Source of the DNA: an uncultured Gammaproteobacteria bacterium
GTDB taxonomy: Bacteria > Pseudomonadota > Gammaproteobacteria > JAURND01
Direction of reading: 5' to 3'
NCBI GenBank assembly: GCA_963714975.1
Contig: CAVQQD010000002.1
Location: 384,001 to 448,000, forward strand
DNA: 64,000 nt
Shown here: positions 60,887 through 64,000 of the stretch, one piece after another
Position numbering within the stretch: position 1 is the stretch's first letter
How the letters are laid out: every line of letters starts with the position of its first letter
Notes under the pieces: model-generated
Told to the model about the DNA's origin: nothing
Database searches by the model: none
The model's input: only the letters and a program-made list of their open reading frames with translations
Position numbers and translations under genes: made by a program

Positions 60887-62236
60887 ATGTTAAAGAAAGT
60901 GCTGATCGCTAATCGCGGCGAAATTGCCTTGCGTGTCCTGCGTGCTTGCAGAGAGTTGGGCATTAAAACCGTGGCCATTTACTCTACTGCAGACCAAAAT
61001 CTAATGCATGTACGTCTGGCGGATGAAGCTGTCTGCATTGGCCCAGCCAGCTCAGCTGAAAGCTATCTGAACATTCCCGCCGTGATCAGCGCAGCAGAAA
61101 TTACTCATGCGGATGCAATCCACCCAGGCTATGGTTTTTTGGCAGAAAATACCGATTTTGCTGAGCGCGTAGAAAAAAGCGGATTCACCTTCATTGGCCC
61201 GACCAGTGAGGTCATTGAAACCATGGGAAATAAAGTATCTGCGATTGCTGCAATGCGCGAAGCGGGAATTCCCTGTGTTCCAGGCTCTAATGGCATTTTG
61301 GGTGATAACACTGAAGAAAACTTACGAATTGCTGAAGAGATAGGTTATCCTGTCATTATTAAAGCTGCTGGGGGCGGTGGTGGGCGCGGTATGCGGGTTG
61401 TCCATAGTCATGAATTATTACTGAACTCGATTGCCATGACGCGCACCGAAGCTGAGGCAGCTTTTGGCAATCCTAAAGTCTACATGGAAAAATTCCTGCA
61501 AAATCCGCATCACATCGAAGTTCAAGTGCTAGGGGATGGGAAAGGCAACGCCATCCATCTAGGCGAGCGAGATTGCTCACTCCAGCGCCGTCATCAAAAA
61601 GTGCTGGAAGAAGCACCTGCAGTTATTATCACTGAGGAACAACGTCGCTTTATTGGCGAGCGCTGTGTGAAGGCCTGCCAAGAAATAGCTTACCGTGGTG
61701 CTGGCACCTTTGAATTTCTCTATGAAAATGGCGAATTTTATTTTATTGAGATGAACACGCGCATTCAGGTGGAACACCCCATCACCGAAATGATCACTGG
61801 CATTGATATTGTTAAAGAACAACTGTGCATTGCTGCTGGTAAACCACTTAGCTACAGCCAAAAAGATATCACCCTGCGGGGACATGCGATCGAATGTCGC
61901 ATCAATGCTGAAGATCCCCGCTCATTTATTCCTTCGCCAGGAACTGTTAGCGTCTTTCATGCACCTGGTGGACCAGGCATTCGAGTGGATTCGCATATTT
62001 ACACCGGCTACAAAGTGCCTCCCTATTATGACTCGATGATTGCTAAAATTATCAGTTATGGAGAAAGTCGCGAAATTGCCATTGCTCGGATGCGCAATGC
62101 CTTGGATGAAATCATTATTGAAGGGATTAAAACCAATATTCCCTTGCAGCAAGAAATTTTGCAGGATAAAAACTTTATTGATGGAAAAATCAATATTCAT
62201 TATTTGGAACATAAGTTGAGACAGGCTAGCAAATGA
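60887..62236 (+). CDS. accC: Acetyl-CoA carboxylase biotin carboxylase
   Basis: IANRGEIA; [10 protein letters not shown]; GGGGRGMR; [10 protein letters not shown]. Confidence 0.98.
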   Translation: MLKKVLIANRGEIALRVLRACRELGIKTVAIYSTADQNLMHVRLADEAVCIGPASSAESYLNIPAVISAAEITHADAIHPGYGFLAENTDFAERVEKSGFTFIGPTSEVIETMGNKVSAIAAMREAGIPCVPGSNGILGDNTEENLRIAEEIGYPVIIKAAGGGGGRGMRVVHSHELLLNSIAMTRTEAEAAFGNPKVYMEKFLQNPHHIEVQVLGDGKGNAIHLGERDCSLQRRHQKVLEEAPAVIITEEQRRFIGERCVKACQEIAYRGAGTFEFLYENGEFYFIEMNTRIQVEHPITEMITGIDIVKEQLCIAAGKPLSYSQKDITLRGHAIECRINAEDPRSFIPSPGTVSVFHAPGGPGIRVDSHIYTGYKVPPYYDSMIAKIISYGESREIAIARMRNALDEIIIEGIKTNIPLQQEILQDKNFIDGKINIHYLEHKLRQASK

Positions 62237-63255
62237 GTCTGGTTGAGTGGCAGCAATTAAGGTTCTCTATTTCCGGTCAACAAAGCGATTCAGCAGAAGC
62301 ATTGCTGCAAGCCGCGGGAGCCTTTGCTGTGAGTTTCCAAGCCGCGCAGGAAGAAGAGGAGATATTCGAGCCCGACCTGAATGACACCCCTTTATGGGAA
62401 GAAGTTCAAGTCACTGCTTTGTTTGCAGAACACGCTGTGCTGACGCCCGTTATCGATCAACTACAACAAGCATTCGACTGCAGTCACTGCTCAATCGAGA
62501 AGATTCCAGAACAATCTTGGCAACGAAACTACCAACAACAGGTTAAACCGGTTTGTATTGCCGAGCGCCTGTGGATTTACCCAAGTTGGGAACCCATTTT
62601 AGCGCCAGATAAGCCACACATTATCCTCGATCCTGGCTTGGCTTTTGGTACTGGCACGCACCCCACGACTGGACTTTGCCTCGAGTGGCTAATCGAACAT
62701 GTCTATGCGGGGGTCTCTCTGTCATCCCGAGCTCCGTCATCCCGAGCTCCGTCATCCCGAGCGAAGCGAGGGATCTCCTGCAATTGGCATGGAGATCCCT
62801 TGTCGCAAGCTCCTCAGGATGACGAAGGGATGCGGGTAATCGATTATGGGTGTGGCTCCGGTATCCTGGCTCTTGCTGCGGTAGCATTGGGTGCACAAGA
62901 AGTGTGGGCAGTGGATAATGATCCGCAAGCCTTAGAAGCTACGCGTGAAAATGCACGTCGCAATCAATGTGAGCACAAGATCCACCCGGTTCTGCCAGAA
63001 GCACTACCAGAACTAATGGTCGATCTCTTAGTAGCTAATATTCTTAGCAAGCCCTTAATCACCCTGGCCCCACACTTCGCCGCCAAAGTTAAGCCCGGCG
63101 GCCACCTCGCTTTATCCGGTGTGTTAAAAACGCAAATTCACGAGGTAATTCCTGCTTACCAAGACTGGTTTTCTCTTTACCCCCCTAAAATTGCGGATAT
63201 AGAGGCATGGGTTAGATTAGACGGTGTTCGAAACTTGAGTTATAATCGCCTCTAG
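62233..63255 (+). CDS. prmA: Ribosomal protein L11 methyltransferase with an in-frame repeat insertion
   Basis: [15 protein letters not shown]; [10 protein letters not shown]; VANIL; position after accC. Confidence 0.95.
   Translation: MSLVEWQQLRFSISGQQSDSAEALLQAAGAFAVSFQAAQEEEEIFEPDLNDTPLWEEVQVTALFAEHAVLTPVIDQLQQAFDCSHCSIEKIPEQSWQRNYQQQVKPVCIAERLWIYPSWEPILAPDKPHIILDPGLAFGTGTHPTTGLCLEWLIEHVYAGVSLSSRAPSSRAPSSRAKRGISCNWHGDPLSQAPQDDEGMRVIDYGCGSGILALAAVALGAQEVWAVDNDPQALEATRENARRNQCEHKIHPVLPEALPELMVDLLVANILSKPLITLAPHFAAKVKPGGHLALSGVLKTQIHEVIPAYQDWFSLYPPKIADIEAWVRLDGVRNLSYNRL
62710..62829 (+). repeat. Palindromic element inserted in frame in prmA
   Basis: Two GTCATCCCGAGCTCC units, then a full element matching the reverse complement of 33324-33398. 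Confidence 0.88.
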
Positions 63256-63411
63256 TTTCAACTGATGGCTACAAAACATAAAACTTAAAACTATGCTCTT
63301 TTCGATCGGATTGTTACAAAATCTTACAGTTGAAATGCAAGGAAGATAAAAGAGTATGGTGGCGTTGTTACATACTTCCATTTTACACTGTGAACGGGAT
63401 GTCTTTTAACC

Positions 63412-63675
63412 ATGAATACTGTTGATGCTTTAAGCACTTTTCAGCAAAAATCCTTACGAGAATTTATTCTACATATGTTAGAAAATTATTTTGCTCAGCT
63501 GGATGCCTCTTTATTACCAAAAAATCTTTACGATTTAGTGATTGAGGAAATTGAGCCTCCTCTGATAACGGCCACTTTAAGTTACACCAAGGGTAATCAG
63601 TGCAAAGCAGCTGTCCTGTTAGGAATCAGCCGCAGCACCTTAAGAAAAAAAATGAAATTATATAATTTGAATTAG
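63412..63675 (+). CDS. fis: Fis-family DNA-binding protein
   Basis: LYDLVIEEIEPPL...TKGNQCKAAVLLGISRSTLRKK. Confidence 0.92.
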   Translation: MNTVDALSTFQQKSLREFILHMLENYFAQLDASLLPKNLYDLVIEEIEPPLITATLSYTKGNQCKAAVLLGISRSTLRKKMKLYNLN

Positions 63676-63678
63676 CCT

Positions 63679-64000
63679 ATGGCGAATCAAACCAACAACC
63701 CAGTGATACAACGAGCGCTGATCAGCGTTTCTGATAAAACGGGTATTGTGCCATTAGCAAGGGAATTGCAAAAAAGAAACGTGGTGCTCCTCTCCACCGG
63801 CGGGACGGCGCAATTATTGCAGGCCGCAGGCATTCTAACCCAAGAAGTGGCCGAATATACTGGGTTCCCCCAAATCATGGGCGGGCGGGTAAAAACATTA
63901 CACCCAAAAATTCATGGCGGTCTCTTAGCGCGTCGGGACCTAGATACGGAGGTTATGCTGGAAAACCAAATCCTCCCCATTGATTTGCTTATTGTCAACC
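63679..64000 (+). CDS. purH: Bifunctional AICAR transformylase/IMP cyclohydrolase, partial (runs off the window)
   Basis: [11 protein letters not shown]; LSTGGTA; [21 protein letters not shown]. Confidence 0.95.
   Translation, partial: MANQTNNPVIQRALISVSDKTGIVPLARELQKRNVVLLSTGGTAQLLQAAGILTQEVAEYTGFPQIMGGRVKTLHPKIHGGLLARRDLDTEVMLENQILPIDLLIVN

Noticed and set aside
60375-63412. Absence of aroQ before accB and of dusB before fis
   Set aside because: Ordinary gene-order variation; the genes may lie elsewhere in the genome

Overview
The window comes from an AT-rich (about 40% GC by eye) gammaproteobacterial chromosome that looks like an intracellular Legionellales/Coxiellales-type organism; this is inferred from gene content. 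Most of it is accessory DNA. It holds several eukaryote-like effector genes (Ser/Thr kinases, Sel1, ankyrin, LRR, a CAAX protein). Four of these genes share eight copies of one ~175-aa ankyrin-like module, each carrying a hypervariable, G-skewed 40-49-aa cassette. Also present: a tRNA-dependent cyclodipeptide synthase co-oriented with a PQ-loop/PAS sensor histidine kinase, next to a structured non-coding region interrupted by an intact group IIA intron; a decayed integrative element with toxin-antitoxin pairs; a purine/molybdenum island (LysR, NCS2 permease, moa/moe/mod, xdhC, single-chain xanthine dehydrogenase); four IS elements with definable ends; and several families of short palindromic repeats, one inserted in frame inside prmA. 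Core genes are rpmB, a frameshifted rpmG, tRNA-Lys(CTT) and dsbA-dsbD-accB-accC-prmA-fis-purH. All calls come from motif recognition by eye; no database searches were run.
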